A stretch of 63,072 nucleotides of DNA, the filler included, from a bacterium (GTDB taxonomy: Bacteria; JAMOTN01), in assembly GCA_027062325.1 (NCBI GenBank). It is 7 parts of 7 records of this genome, joined end to end, with 100 filler letters (N's around TTAATTAATTAA, not from the genome) between each part and the next. Parts side by side here need not be neighbours in the genome. Positions count along the whole stretch, not along the records: positions 27,948 to 41,671 come from JAMOTN010000004.1; positions 41,772 to 55,065 come from JAMOTN010000006.1; 5 more parts are not named here. One strand, written 5' to 3'. Numbering within the stretch: the stretch's first letter is position 1; every line of letters starts with the position of its first letter. A program made the position numbers and the translations under genes. This document shows, in pieces, positions 39,056 through 49,064 of the stretch. Under the pieces are notes generated by a model. It made no database searches. It was not told the DNA's origin and saw only the letters and a list, made by a program, of their open reading frames with translations.

Positions 39056-41671
39056 TTATCTCCGCAAGTTAACCAACTCCTCTAGGATTCTATCTGAAGT
39101 GGATATGACGCGTGAATTCGCTTGGAATCCACGTTGGGCTATTATCATATTTGAAAATTCCTCAGATAAATCAACGTTGCTCATTTCCAAAGCGCTTCCG
39201 ATAATCTTACCACGTCCTCCAGTGTTTGGAATACCAATTTGTGCTATTCCAGAGTTTGCTCCTTCAATGAAAAGAGTGTTACCTATGGATTCTAGACCTG
39301 CTGGGTTTCTAAAAATGGCCAGTGGTATCTGACCAACTTTTCTCCTGACACCGTTGTCGTAAACCCCAGTGATTGTTCCTATTTCGTCAATTTCGAATGA
39401 TTTCATCATACCCATTGAATAACCATTTTGTTGACGAGGAGTGGTTGTGGTTTCGCTTTGGAATTGAGTGACTCCAACCATATCAAGTGAAATTTCCTGC
39501 TTTGTTCCATCAGGATACGATATTGTTAAAGGAGGAACAATATTTGGAGGAGATACATTGTTTGCTGTTGCAGTTTTTGTTTGATCTAAGCGACCGTATT
39601 CGTCAAAAATCAAATATCCCCAGTTGTCAGAGATTTGCTCATTTAATGGATCTCCTTCGTCGAATTCTGCTTTGTATATCCAGTGGTCTTTACCAATTTT
39701 TTCAAATGATACACGGAGGTTGTGCTCTCCACCTTGTCTGTCGTATATTTTTATGTTTGTAACGTGTGTTTTTCCGGGAGTTAGGTTTATATCCATTGGT
39801 GAACCTCTACCGTTTTCAACAATTCTTACGTTCAGTCCACTTTGATCAGGAGTAGGAGATATTGCCATCTTTACCTTTTCGGTAACGTTTATTGGAGCTT
39901 CGGTTCGAATAGTTGCATTTCCTGCTTTAAGTTGATCTATTGAAAGCTTTATGTATCCGATATTTGAGTCTCCAATTGTTATCTCTTTTGAGTTTGCAGA
40001 TACGTTTTCTAAACTTATAGTCATTTCTACTTCTTCATCTGTACCGCTTGTTTTTCTTATACCTTTGAACTTGTCTACAACATTGTAAGTTATATCTTTT
40101 CCAGTACCGGTAATGTTTTCGGCTGTTGTTGGGTCACCGTGACCTGTATCTGTTGCACTAGTTGCACTACCTGTGGTTATCCAGTTATCTAAAAATCCTC
40201 CAGTGTCTCCATTTTCATTAACTGTAATAGTTGCTCCTGTTCCGCCTTCCTTTGAAAGTAAAACAAATCTTCCATTTTCTATGTAAGCATCCATTACGTC
40301 TTTAAGTTGTAATCCACTACCATTTGCATCTGTTACGCTCATCAAAGAGTTGATAAAGTCTTCAAACGTAGTAGTAGATGTGGCTCCTGTGTCAGATATG
40401 TAGAATCTATAAGTTCCTGATGAGTTTGTAATTTCGATGTATTCGTTTGTATAAGAAGTAGTGTTGACGCCAATTTCAGTGGTTGGAGAAATACTTAAAG
40501 TATTGTCACTGTAAATTTTTGCACCTTCAATTTCTGTGAATAGAACTCTGTAAACACTTGGGGTATTCAAACTACCGGAGACTTCTAAACTTATATCACT
40601 GCCTGTATAAGCTGTCTCAAGAACAAGTTGACCTTCTTCAAGTTTTGCTGTAACCATACCCGCCGTTTGATCATTTATGGCGTTGATTAAATCTCCAATG
40701 GTTTTGCAGTTTGAAGGATTAACTTTGTAAACGTATTCTCCAATACCTCTTACAGTTAAGACAAGCGGAGCTGATAAATCAGTGATACCCACATCATTTA
40801 ATTTTGTATCTTCTGTCAAGTACCATGGTTGGAATGATATTGAGTTTCCATCGTTGACTGTGTCTCCGTCTGTACCAGCTCTCTTGTAAGAACCCATTAC
40901 CTTAGCAGGTTCTGCTGGGTTTTCGGAGACAGTTATATTGTGAGTACCATCTAGAAATTCTCTTTGAGCGATTACACTTGGAAGATCTCCGTCGGAAAAA
41001 GATGAATCAAATGGAGATGTTGAAGATTTGTTTGTTGCACCAGTAGAATCCGTCAATGAAAAGTTTACATTTTTGATAACTACATTTTCTAAGTTTGGTT
41101 TCACTGTCATGTATATCTTACCGTTTCTGTACTCAAAATTTACATAGTCTTCTAATTTGTGCGCTCCGTCTGCTGTTCTAAAACCTATATTGTCTGATCC
41201 ATCTGAATAATTTAGTTTTTGTAGTAATGAGGCTGGAGTTTCACCAGCAGCAATTGTTATGTAGTCACTGGACGGAGAAGTTGAATCATCATATAAATTA
41301 AAGGTCAATTCTTGATCTCCCATTTGTAAAACAACTTGACCATATATTCTATCTCCAGCTGAGATATTGTTATTTGAATTGTCGATAGCATCGTTAATTG
41401 CTGCAATATCTCCTGATGAATTTTTAAATTCGTTGTTATTAGCTCCAATTTCAATCCACTTGTGCCACAGATCTGCTAATGGTTCAACTTCTGTAAATCC
41501 TGCAGTGTTTCCCTCTTCAAGATATGCTTTAGCAGGTTGTCCATCTGTTCCATCTGGATCAAATTCTAAGTTTATTTGACCAGAAATTATTTTACCAGCC
41601 CAATCAGCTTGCACTATGGGTGGAATTGCAAAGTTTATTGGTTCTCCATCAACCGTGAGGTAAACGCGCCA
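39056..41671 (-). CDS. flgE: Flagellar hook protein, very large, N-terminus truncated by the contig end
   Basis: IYDRQGGEHNL (FlaE/D2), QQNGYSMG, FRNPAGL, LEMSNVDLSEEFSNMIIAQRGFQANSRVISTSD; frame open to the gap (871 aa visible). Confidence 0.92.
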   Translation of the reverse strand, partial: WRVYLTVDGEPINFAIPPIVQADWAGKIISGQINLEFDPDGTDGQPAKAYLEEGNTAGFTEVEPLADLWHKWIEIGANNNEFKNSSGDIAAINDAIDNSNNNISAGDRIYGQVVLQMGDQELTFNLYDDSTSPSSDYITIAAGETPASLLQKLNYSDGSDNIGFRTADGAHKLEDYVNFEYRNGKIYMTVKPNLENVVIKNVNFSLTDSTGATNKSSTSPFDSSFSDGDLPSVIAQREFLDGTHNITVSENPAEPAKVMGSYKRAGTDGDTVNDGNSISFQPWYLTEDTKLNDVGITDLSAPLVLTVRGIGEYVYKVNPSNCKTIGDLINAINDQTAGMVTAKLEEGQLVLETAYTGSDISLEVSGSLNTPSVYRVLFTEIEGAKIYSDNTLSISPTTEIGVNTTSYTNEYIEITNSSGTYRFYISDTGATSTTTFEDFINSLMSVTDANGSGLQLKDVMDAYIENGRFVLLSKEGGTGATITVNENGDTGGFLDNWITTGSATSATDTGHGDPTTAENITGTGKDITYNVVDKFKGIRKTSGTDEEVEMTISLENVSANSKEITIGDSNIGYIKLSIDQLKAGNATIRTEAPINVTEKVKMAISPTPDQSGLNVRIVENGRGSPMDINLTPGKTHVTNIKIYDRQGGEHNLRVSFEKIGKDHWIYKAEFDEGDPLNEQISDNWGYLIFDEYGRLDQTKTATANNVSPPNIVPPLTISYPDGTKQEISLDMVGVTQFQSETTTTPRQQNGYSMGMMKSFEIDEIGTITGVYDNGVRRKVGQIPLAIFRNPAGLESIGNTLFIEGANSGIAQIGIPNTGGRGKIIGSALEMSNVDLSEEFSNMIIAQRGFQANSRVISTSDRILEELVNLRR

Positions 41672-41771
41672 NNNNNNNNNNNNNNNNNNNNNNNNNNNNN
41701 NNNNNNNNNNNNNNNTTAATTAATTAANNNNNNNNNNNNNNNNNNNNNNNNNNNNNNNNNNNNNNNNNNNN
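41672..41771. other. Artificial contig spacer
   Basis: 44N-TTAATTAATTAA-44N. Confidence 0.98.
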
Positions 41772-41980
41772 GTTATTATGTGTCATAAAAAAATTAGAGT
41801 AAAAAATCACCAGTTATGATTAAAATATAATCTTTTATCTAACTGGAAAAGTTAATACAATTACTAGATTGACTGCTTAAATACGGGGATTTTCTCCAGA
41901 TATGGTTTGGTATACTATACAGGCACAAATTTTGCAATATAATATACGGGGAGTATACCCTCATTTTTGAGGGAGGTGTT

Positions 41981-43117
41981 TTGATGAAGACAAGAGGAAG
42001 GGCGAAGTTGCCAGAGGAGCTAGAGGAGAAGAAAGATTTATCCGAAATTGTAGATGCTGTCGTTGAAAAGGTGGGAAATTCGGGAGCTGTTTATCGCGAT
42101 GTTTTGGAAAGAGAAGTTGCAAAGTTTGATTGGCTTTCGGACGAGGATAGGCAGGAGGTTTTAAAGAGAGTGGAGGACCTCCTGTTTAGCAAAGGAATTC
42201 TTATCCTAGTGAAGGATAGCGAGGGAACTAAGAAGAAAAGCACGGCCAAAAAGAAAAAGAGCAGCTATGACTCAATTGGAGTTATAGATGATATAAAACT
42301 TTATCTTAAGAGGATAGGTCAAATACCACTTCTTACAGCAGAAGAAGAGGTTGAGCTTGCAAAGAGAATTGAACAGGGGGATGAAGAGGCTCGTCAGAAG
42401 CTCATTGAGTCTAACTTAAGGTTAGTTGTTTCAGTTGCAAAAAAGTACCGCCGAAAAGGATTGTCTTTTCTTGATTTAATACAGGAAGGAAATTTGGGGC
42501 TCATGAAGGCAGTTAAAAAGTTTAAGTACAAGAAAGGTTTTAAGTTTTCTACGTATGCTATATGGTGGATAAGACAGGCTATTACTCGTGCAATAGCAGA
42601 TCAATCAAGAACTATCAGGATCCCAGTTCACATGGTTGAGATAATCCACAAACTTAAGAAGGTTACAAAGCAGCTTTCGCAGGAGTTGGGAAGAGAGCCA
42701 ACTTATCAGGAGATAGCAGAACGCGTTGGAATGCCAGCTGAAAAGATAAAGAAAATTTTGAAAATTGCCCAAGAGCCTGTTTCTCTCGATATGCCAATTG
42801 GCGATGAAGAAGACTCAAGTTTTGGAGAATTCGTGGAGGATACCAAGGTATCGGATCCTTACGAGGAGACTGTGAAAAGCTTTAAAAGAGAGCAGGTTGA
42901 AAAGCTGCTTTCGTGCTTGACTGATAGAGAAAGAAGGGTTATAGAATTGAGATTTGGTTTGCGTGATGGGCAGTGTATGACTCTTGAAGAAGTTGGAAAG
43001 ATATTTGGTGTTACACGAGAGAGAATTAGGCAGATTGAAGCTAAGGCTTTAAAAAAGTTAAAGTCCCCTCAGAGGTTAAAGATGATCCTTGAAGACTTTG
43101 ATGAAAGTGTTAGTTGA
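41981..43117 (+). CDS. rpoD: RpoD-type (group 1/2) sigma-70 factor
   Basis: Region 1.2 [54 protein letters not shown]. Confidence 0.85.
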   Translation: MMKTRGRAKLPEELEEKKDLSEIVDAVVEKVGNSGAVYRDVLEREVAKFDWLSDEDRQEVLKRVEDLLFSKGILILVKDSEGTKKKSTAKKKKSSYDSIGVIDDIKLYLKRIGQIPLLTAEEEVELAKRIEQGDEEARQKLIESNLRLVVSVAKKYRRKGLSFLDLIQEGNLGLMKAVKKFKYKKGFKFSTYAIWWIRQAITRAIADQSRTIRIPVHMVEIIHKLKKVTKQLSQELGREPTYQEIAERVGMPAEKIKKILKIAQEPVSLDMPIGDEEDSSFGEFVEDTKVSDPYEETVKSFKREQVEKLLSCLTDRERRVIELRFGLRDGQCMTLEEVGKIFGVTRERIRQIEAKALKKLKSPQRLKMILEDFDESVS

Positions 43118-43137
43118 GAAGTTGAAAGGATAAGTGT

Positions 43138-43165
43138 TTGTTAGGACCATTGGTTATGTTATAAT
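43138..43165 (+). promoter_or_regulatory. Sigma70 promoter for tRNA-Ala
   Basis: TTGTTA-N16-TATAAT with extended TG. Confidence 0.55.
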
Positions 43166-43190
43166 AAATAGCGATAAGGTAAAGCTTGAA

Positions 43191-43263
43191 GGGGCCGTAG
43201 CTCAGCTGGGAGAGCACCTGGATGGCAGTCAGGAGGTCGCGGGTTCAAGTCCCGCCGGCTCCA
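43191..43263 (+). tRNA. tRNA-Ala(GGC), CCA not encoded
   Basis: GGGGCCG/CGGCTCC acceptor with G3:U70, anticodon GGC at 43224-43226, T loop TTCAAGT. Confidence 0.96.
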
Positions 43264-43275
43264 CTTGAAAAAAAT

Positions 43276-43298
43276 GGGGGTGGTCTCTGGCCACCCCC
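43276..43298. terminator. Bidirectional terminator
   Basis: GGGGGTGGTC-TCT-GGCCACCCCC flanked by an A run and a T-rich tail. Confidence 0.8.
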
Positions 43299-43319
43299 TT
43301 AACTTTTGTACTAATTTGT

Positions 43320-44006
43320 TTAAACTCCTAGGTCTTTGACAAGAGAATCGTAGACTCTTGATACTGGACTGTATCCGTAGCCTGTGTCAAGTTCTTTTGC
43401 TTTTATTATATGACTTCTTGCTTCTGTCATTCTCCCTGTGGCAAAGGCTGCAATTGCGAAAAGAGCGTGTGCTTCTGCTGCATTGTAAGAGAGTCCATGA
43501 TCTGAAACAATTTGAGAGGTCAAGTCTTTGAGAGGAGTTTGGACTAAGACGTTATAAGCTTCCTGGAAGTCTCCATCTTGTCCGCGAGCTATCAAAGCAC
43601 ATGCCAAACCAAACTTAGCATCAAAACTTACCTCTTGTGCTTCTTTGAGGTAAGATATTGCTTTGTCGAGGTCTCCTTTGTATAACCACGCCCAGCCCAT
43701 TGCTTCTGCTACCTGCTGCTTTTCCGTAGTTGTAGCAGCTGCTGAGTAAAGTTTTGTAAGTTCATCTAAGGCCTTGTTATATTCACCATTTCTTATGTAC
43801 TCCCAGCTTTGGGATAAACCGCTTGTTAATGTTGTGTCAAGAGTGTTCATAACCCCCAAGCCGCCACCGCAACCGATGATTCCTGCAAGGCTTATTGCCA
43901 GCAAGACAAATGCCGTAATTATCACCCTACGCCTCGTCTGCCATACCTGTTCCCTGCGAGGTTTTGCTGGTAGCTTTTTTAGAAGTTCAAAATCTAACCC
44001 CTTCAT
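43320..44006 (-). CDS. TPR lipoprotein
   Basis: Hydrophobic helix ending IIGC (lipobox-like); MGWAWLYKGDLDKA and FGLA TPR motifs. Confidence 0.75.
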   Translation of the reverse strand: MKGLDFELLKKLPAKPRREQVWQTRRRVIITAFVLLAISLAGIIGCGGGLGVMNTLDTTLTSGLSQSWEYIRNGEYNKALDELTKLYSAAATTTEKQQVAEAMGWAWLYKGDLDKAISYLKEAQEVSFDAKFGLACALIARGQDGDFQEAYNVLVQTPLKDLTSQIVSDHGLSYNAAEAHALFAIAAFATGRMTEARSHIIKAKELDTGYGYSPVSRVYDSLVKDLGV

Positions 44007-44068
44007 CTTGCCCCCTCCTTAATCAATGTTGATTGAATTAGAATGTTGAGAATTTGACTTCATAAAAG

Positions 44069-44095
44069 AAATCGGCAAATGGTGTTGCTTATTGA
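44069..44095 (-). promoter_or_regulatory. Putative sigma28 promoter
   Basis: TCAA-N15-GCCGATTT. Confidence 0.5.
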
Positions 44096-44137
44096 GAATA
44101 GGTATAATTAAGTTGAAAGAAGATTGTTAAGCTAAAA

Positions 44138-45058
44138 GTGTTAATTAAGGAATTAAAAGGTGTTAATATGGGAAAAAGGTGTGTTTTAGAGGGAAAAGAG
44201 TTGAGTAAAGAGTCAGGATTGAATTTGAAAATTTCCCCAAACGATCTTGGAATTTTAGATTTAAATTTTTTAGAGCCTTTAAATTTCAAAGTTTTTGTTA
44301 AGGCGTTTGTTTCTCAATTAAAAGAATTAGGGTCTAGTAAAGAATTGGAAACTAAAGCATTTGAATGGTTAGATAAGAATTTTAATTTGTTCACTAATTT
44401 TTTAAAAAAAGAACATCACATAATGACAGCAGTTGCATTGTTGAAATTGTTCAGTGAGTCAGATTTGGCAAGGTGGGATATGAAATTGGAGACAGCAGTT
44501 GCCTCTTGTTTGGTTCATGACATTGGTATTCTTTCTGAAATTTACAACTATAGAATAGGTTTACCCCAATCTTTCAAAAAAGCTATAAAGAATCATCCGC
44601 ATATAGGTTTTGAGCTGTTAAAAGAGCTTGGATGGTTAGAGGATGACGATTTGATAGAAGCGGCCTTTGGAGTATGGCAGCACCATGAGAGAGCTTTGGG
44701 AAGAGGATATCCTCTTAGGTTGGGAGTAGGTGATATAAATAAATATGCGATTGTTGTTGCAATCAGTGAAATGTATGCTTTAGTTATGGCTAAATCAAGT
44801 TTGTGGTACAAGAAGATAACAGAGGCTCAGTTTCTTGAAAGGATCAGAGGGGATGCTACTTTTGAGAGATTTTATCCACTGTTGATAAAAAAACTTGGTG
44901 TTTTGGGGAAAGGAAAAGAGGTTCTTTTGTCAAATGGGGAAATAGGAATAGTTAAAACTTCTGGTAAAAACGGAGTGTTTGATGTTGAAGTTATAACCAA
45001 ACGCGGAAGTTTTGCTTTAAAAGTTGATTTTTGGATGGCTGACTTTTCGTTTTACTGA
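44138..45058 (+). CDS. HD-GYP-like protein (possibly degenerate)
   Basis: LVHDIG, HPHIG, QHHERALGRGYP, VAISEMY, VLLSNGEIGIV tail. Confidence 0.8.
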   Translation: MLIKELKGVNMGKRCVLEGKELSKESGLNLKISPNDLGILDLNFLEPLNFKVFVKAFVSQLKELGSSKELETKAFEWLDKNFNLFTNFLKKEHHIMTAVALLKLFSESDLARWDMKLETAVASCLVHDIGILSEIYNYRIGLPQSFKKAIKNHPHIGFELLKELGWLEDDDLIEAAFGVWQHHERALGRGYPLRLGVGDINKYAIVVAISEMYALVMAKSSLWYKKITEAQFLERIRGDATFERFYPLLIKKLGVLGKGKEVLLSNGEIGIVKTSGKNGVFDVEVITKRGSFALKVDFWMADFSFY

Positions 45059-45909
45059 TGGTCATTTAACACAAGTCTAAGCTTTGCTACAACAGCTTTT
45101 TGGCTTGGTATAGTGAGTTTTAATTTTGGAATTTTAGGATTTTCACCAGATATAAGTAAAGTGCTGCCTGCAATTGGGAATTTTTCGGCTATAACTGCTG
45201 CCAGTGACAGTAGGAGGGAGATGGCATATTTATCCTTACCTCGTATTTCGCTTTTAAATTTAACTTTTAGATTTGAAAAGGAGTTTATATTATTGATGAT
45301 AGCTGCATACTTTGCAGGTATTCCAAAAGGAGATGTGTTTTGAAGTTTTACGAATTTTACAGTTAAGAGTGTTCCTCTTGGAATTAATAGTTCCTCGTTT
45401 CCTATCCAGATGTTATCTGCAACTTTATAAATTACCTCTTTGAATTGATTTGTTTTGAGCTTCAGTTTTTTGGGGTGAAGAGGTACTATGAATATTTCAG
45501 TTGTGGGGATGCGTTTTTTGACAAAGGATATGTTTAGTTCTCTTGCTATCTTTTGAGCTGCAGGGAGAATAGGAGAATCTGAAAATCTGTTAAAAAGTTT
45601 ATGTTCTAAGCGATCTTTTCGCTTATCAAGTGTTTCTAGGGGGAAGGAGGTATTCCAAACAGCTACTTCTGCTGCTGAGATTATCCTTATAGATTTTATA
45701 AAACCTGAGACCCAGTCTTTACCAAAATGGTATTTTAGACGTTCTAAACGTTGATGTAAGCTGTAATTTTCAATATTTAATTTTGAAAATGAGAGTTTCT
45801 CAACTGTGGAGATGGGAAGATTTTTTGAATTTGAGAAGCTGTTTGCAAAATGAAAGAATGTTAGGAGATAAAACATAATAACAGTGGTTATGATTCTCAC
45901 ATTCTCCAC
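45052..45909 (-). CDS. Hypothetical exported protein
   Basis: SD GAGGTG, signal peptide, RLERL-type repeats, IPRGT beta domain. Confidence 0.6.
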   Translation of the reverse strand: MENVRIITTVIMFYLLTFFHFANSFSNSKNLPISTVEKLSFSKLNIENYSLHQRLERLKYHFGKDWVSGFIKSIRIISAAEVAVWNTSFPLETLDKRKDRLEHKLFNRFSDSPILPAAQKIARELNISFVKKRIPTTEIFIVPLHPKKLKLKTNQFKEVIYKVADNIWIGNEELLIPRGTLLTVKFVKLQNTSPFGIPAKYAAIINNINSFSNLKVKFKSEIRGKDKYAISLLLSLAAVIAEKFPIAGSTLLISGENPKIPKLKLTIPSQKAVVAKLRLVLNDHQ

Positions 45910-45933
45910 CTCATGATATTGGGTTGAATTTAC

Positions 45934-46911
45934 TTAGAATTTGATAGAGCCGCCTATAAAGTGTTGTGTTAAATCTGTATCATAGTCTGCTAAGAATGCG
46001 TAGTCAATATAAAACGTATCACTAATTCTTACTCCGAAGCCCAAGTTCAGATTTCCATTTTTAGTTCCCACTCTTATGGCGAAGCTGTCATTGACGAATC
46101 TTTTTTCGAGTCCAGCTCTAAATTGTAGGTCTCCCATAGTAGAATCTTCATTAGTGATATTGAATATATCGAGATCAACTGATAATGAGTTGTCCACTTT
46201 TACTCCAAATCCTACAGTTATCAAAGTTGGTAGATCGTAAGGAGAGTCTTTTATGATGTTGTCTGCAACTACCCCAATATTTATTTTGTCAGTTAGCTTA
46301 TAAAGAAGGCCAATACCTAGAGCTGTTTCGGTGAAGTCTGTATATTTACCGTGTTCATTTAAATAGTTTGAATAATTGACATGACGTACTTTTATTCCCC
46401 AGCTGAGTCTTGAACTTTTTAATGTGTCTGCTACCCCAAAAGTTACTTGACGCATCTCTGTGGTTTTGTTTTGTTCACTGGATATAAAGCCTAATCCGAA
46501 TACGTATGAGTAAACCTTTTTCTTAGTGGGATTCTCCAGAATTTCTGGATTAGATAGTATGTCCTTTATTGAGTCAACTTCGTCTACCTCCTGCTCTTGG
46601 GAGTAAGCAGCAGCAACTGCCAGAGCATCGTAGGTGGTTGAGTCCCTATCATTTGCTTTGATAGTTGTGGCGAAGTGTTTGCTCATTTTATTCATGAAGG
46701 CAAGGCCTGCTGGATTCCAAAATACTGCGTTAGCATCATCTGATAAACCTACAAATGCCTCCCCCATTCCTATTACTCTAACTCCTGCTTCCCCTAAACC
46801 AGAAGGGCGTATTGCAGCACCAAAGAGTGTGTTGCTGAGTAGTATTGAAAGAGTGCACACTACGACAAAGGATGTTTTAAAAATTTTATAAATTTTATAT
46901 CTCCGCATCAT
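45934..46911 (-). CDS. PorV/FadL-like outer-membrane beta-barrel
   Basis: GVRVIGMGEAFVGLSDDANAVFWNPAGLA signature; terminal Phe. Confidence 0.85.
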   Translation of the reverse strand: MMRRYKIYKIFKTSFVVVCTLSILLSNTLFGAAIRPSGLGEAGVRVIGMGEAFVGLSDDANAVFWNPAGLAFMNKMSKHFATTIKANDRDSTTYDALAVAAAYSQEQEVDEVDSIKDILSNPEILENPTKKKVYSYVFGLGFISSEQNKTTEMRQVTFGVADTLKSSRLSWGIKVRHVNYSNYLNEHGKYTDFTETALGIGLLYKLTDKINIGVVADNIIKDSPYDLPTLITVGFGVKVDNSLSVDLDIFNITNEDSTMGDLQFRAGLEKRFVNDSFAIRVGTKNGNLNLGFGVRISDTFYIDYAFLADYDTDLTQHFIGGSIKF

Positions 46912-48344
46912 CTGCTACCCCCTGAAACAGTGATTTTTTTGTCTTTATAGTAAAGTGTCAAAGTATCGCTTGAGGGATCGTAGTCTATTTTCATATCTTC
47001 AGTAAATTGATCGGCACTTAAGAACCCTAAATCAATCAACTTTTTCAATGTGATCTTTTTATCGGGACCATATATCACTGTAAACATTTCGCATGCTGTG
47101 AGAATTGAAAGGGCTCTTGCTTTAAGGCTAGATGGAACTTCTGATTGTGCTTTGTTTTTAGTTGTTTTATTTTCGGATTTGTTGCCTAAAGTGCTCGAGG
47201 TTACGTTTTGATGGGATGAAGAAGGTGTACTGGTTTGTTGAGTTTGTGATTTTAATGGTGCATCAGAGGGTTTAGTTACTATATTGGCAGATGGTAAGTT
47301 TTTATTTTTATTAGTTTGGGTGTTTTTTGAGCTTTCTTTTTCTATTTTCACATCTCCAAATTTAGGTTGTGAAGCCATGGTATAATGAGTTTTTTGAGAT
47401 TTTATAGTGTTGTGCAGGATTTTTGATTGTATTTGAGTTGTTTTTTTGACAGTTGAATTTTTCGTATTAGGATTCTTAATATCGAATGATTCAAGAATTC
47501 TAGTTTTATAGCACAGCTTTTGAGATTTTGAATTTAGTATATCTATTGCGTTTGGACAGTTGGAAGATAGCCTTCCTCCAAAAAATTTTTCAGAAGGAGA
47601 TGACTTGACTTCGTTTATCAAAAATAGGGAGGGGTTTGTTTGGAAGGGGTTGTATTGCATGACAGCTACTGCTATACGTTTAATATTGCCCAAATTTTTC
47701 TTGCGAACAAATATTTCTATTTTATTGTTAATAATCATAATTGAGTCTGGAATTACCAGATCATGACGGTACTGGAGCAAAAATTCGTTGTCACTTTTGT
47801 TTTCCAATAAATCTTCAATCCACTTTGGATCTGCCGGAGTGACTACGACTGCTTTTGTCCAGCCGCCTTCAACTTTGAATAGACGTCCTGGAAGTGTTTC
47901 GTATTTGATATCTGACTTGTCAGAAAGTACGTATATATCGATCGCTTGGTTTACAAAATCCCAGTAAAAGTAAGGAAATTGGTTTCTATATTCGTTGTCT
48001 ATATCGTCAGAGTAGTAGTCTTTTGTAGTATAGGTTAAGCTGTCTTCTTTAAAGTTTAGATCGCTCCACTTTGTTATATCTTGAACAAAAGATATGATAA
48101 ATATGTAGTGAGTTTTGTCTTCTGCAATGGTTATCTTTTTTATGTCAAATTCTCCATCGGTAATTTGGTTGGTTGTTGGATATTCAAATGATCCGGGACC
48201 GTAATCATCTTCCCTAGCATCTTTAAAAGAGGCAATTTTGGATAATGCAAATACTTTACTACTTATAGGCATGAAAAAAATTTGAAAAATTAGAACTAGA
48301 GTGATCAAAATACCTCCTTTTTTGAAAATTTTCATATACATCAA
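46908..48344 (-). CDS. Exported glucodextranase-C/DOMON-like domain protein with S/T/K/Q linker and small C-terminal domain
   Basis: FKDAREDDYGPGSFEYPT...FDIKK, QAIDIY, PGR, W, FGG...PNAIDIL as in amylopullulanase/glucodextranase accessory domains. Confidence 0.75.
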   Translation of the reverse strand: MMYMKIFKKGGILITLVLIFQIFFMPISSKVFALSKIASFKDAREDDYGPGSFEYPTTNQITDGEFDIKKITIAEDKTHYIFIISFVQDITKWSDLNFKEDSLTYTTKDYYSDDIDNEYRNQFPYFYWDFVNQAIDIYVLSDKSDIKYETLPGRLFKVEGGWTKAVVVTPADPKWIEDLLENKSDNEFLLQYRHDLVIPDSIMIINNKIEIFVRKKNLGNIKRIAVAVMQYNPFQTNPSLFLINEVKSSPSEKFFGGRLSSNCPNAIDILNSKSQKLCYKTRILESFDIKNPNTKNSTVKKTTQIQSKILHNTIKSQKTHYTMASQPKFGDVKIEKESSKNTQTNKNKNLPSANIVTKPSDAPLKSQTQQTSTPSSSHQNVTSSTLGNKSENKTTKNKAQSEVPSSLKARALSILTACEMFTVIYGPDKKITLKKLIDLGFLSADQFTEDMKIDYDPSSDTLTLYYKDKKITVSGGSR

Positions 48345-48370
48345 CTCCCTGACATTAATTTACATTTCAG

Positions 48371-49042
48371 TTAATTTATCTCTACCTCGATAACACTGGC
48401 TGCGTCATCGCTTTCGTCTTCGCGCTTTGGATTTCCTTTGTCATATATCCATATACCTCCTGTAAAACCATTTGAGGAATTCCAGCTTGTTGGATTTACA
48501 ACGAACTTATACTTGTATATCCCACTTCTTAAAGGAACTTTAACATACCAAACATTGTTGTCGTCTTTTTGAAGTTTGTAAGGGGTAATGTCCTCCACTT
48601 TTCCCCAGTTGTTGAAGTCACCTGCTATATACGCAGACCTTATCGCTACTCCTGCTGCTTCATCGGTTAATTTGAATTTTACAAGGGCAATTTTTTCCAT
48701 AAATTTAGATGCTACAATTACGTTTGATGACTTAACTTGGAGAAGAACTGTTGTATAACTCCTGTCGTATAGGGAAAAACCTACAGAAGTTGAGTTATCA
48801 ATAGAATCAATGGGAATTGAGCTGTAAGGGGTTTTTACGGTTGGGGAAAACCACACCCCGTTTGTTGAGACCGGATCTATGAGGCACTCTGCTGAGTAAC
48901 TTCCTGGTTGAAGATGTACTTCGCTTACCCAGATGTAAGAGGTATATGGAGCAAGATCCCAATAAATTGAGACAGTATCTGCAACCCATTCTTGAATACA
49001 TCCTGTAAGTGTCAGAGCTGTTATCATAAGGGCAACTATCAT
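48371..49042 (-). CDS. Lipoprotein with C-terminal CBM48/AMPK-type glycogen-binding domain
   Basis: LTGC lipobox; YIAGDFNNW, W, LRSGIYKYKFVVN, WIYDKGNP. Confidence 0.85.
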   Translation of the reverse strand: MIVALMITALTLTGCIQEWVADTVSIYWDLAPYTSYIWVSEVHLQPGSYSAECLIDPVSTNGVWFSPTVKTPYSSIPIDSIDNSTSVGFSLYDRSYTTVLLQVKSSNVIVASKFMEKIALVKFKLTDEAAGVAIRSAYIAGDFNNWGKVEDITPYKLQKDDNNVWYVKVPLRSGIYKYKFVVNPTSWNSSNGFTGGIWIYDKGNPKREDESDDAASVIEVEIN

Positions 49043-49064
49043 TGTTAACTTGATAAGATATTTT

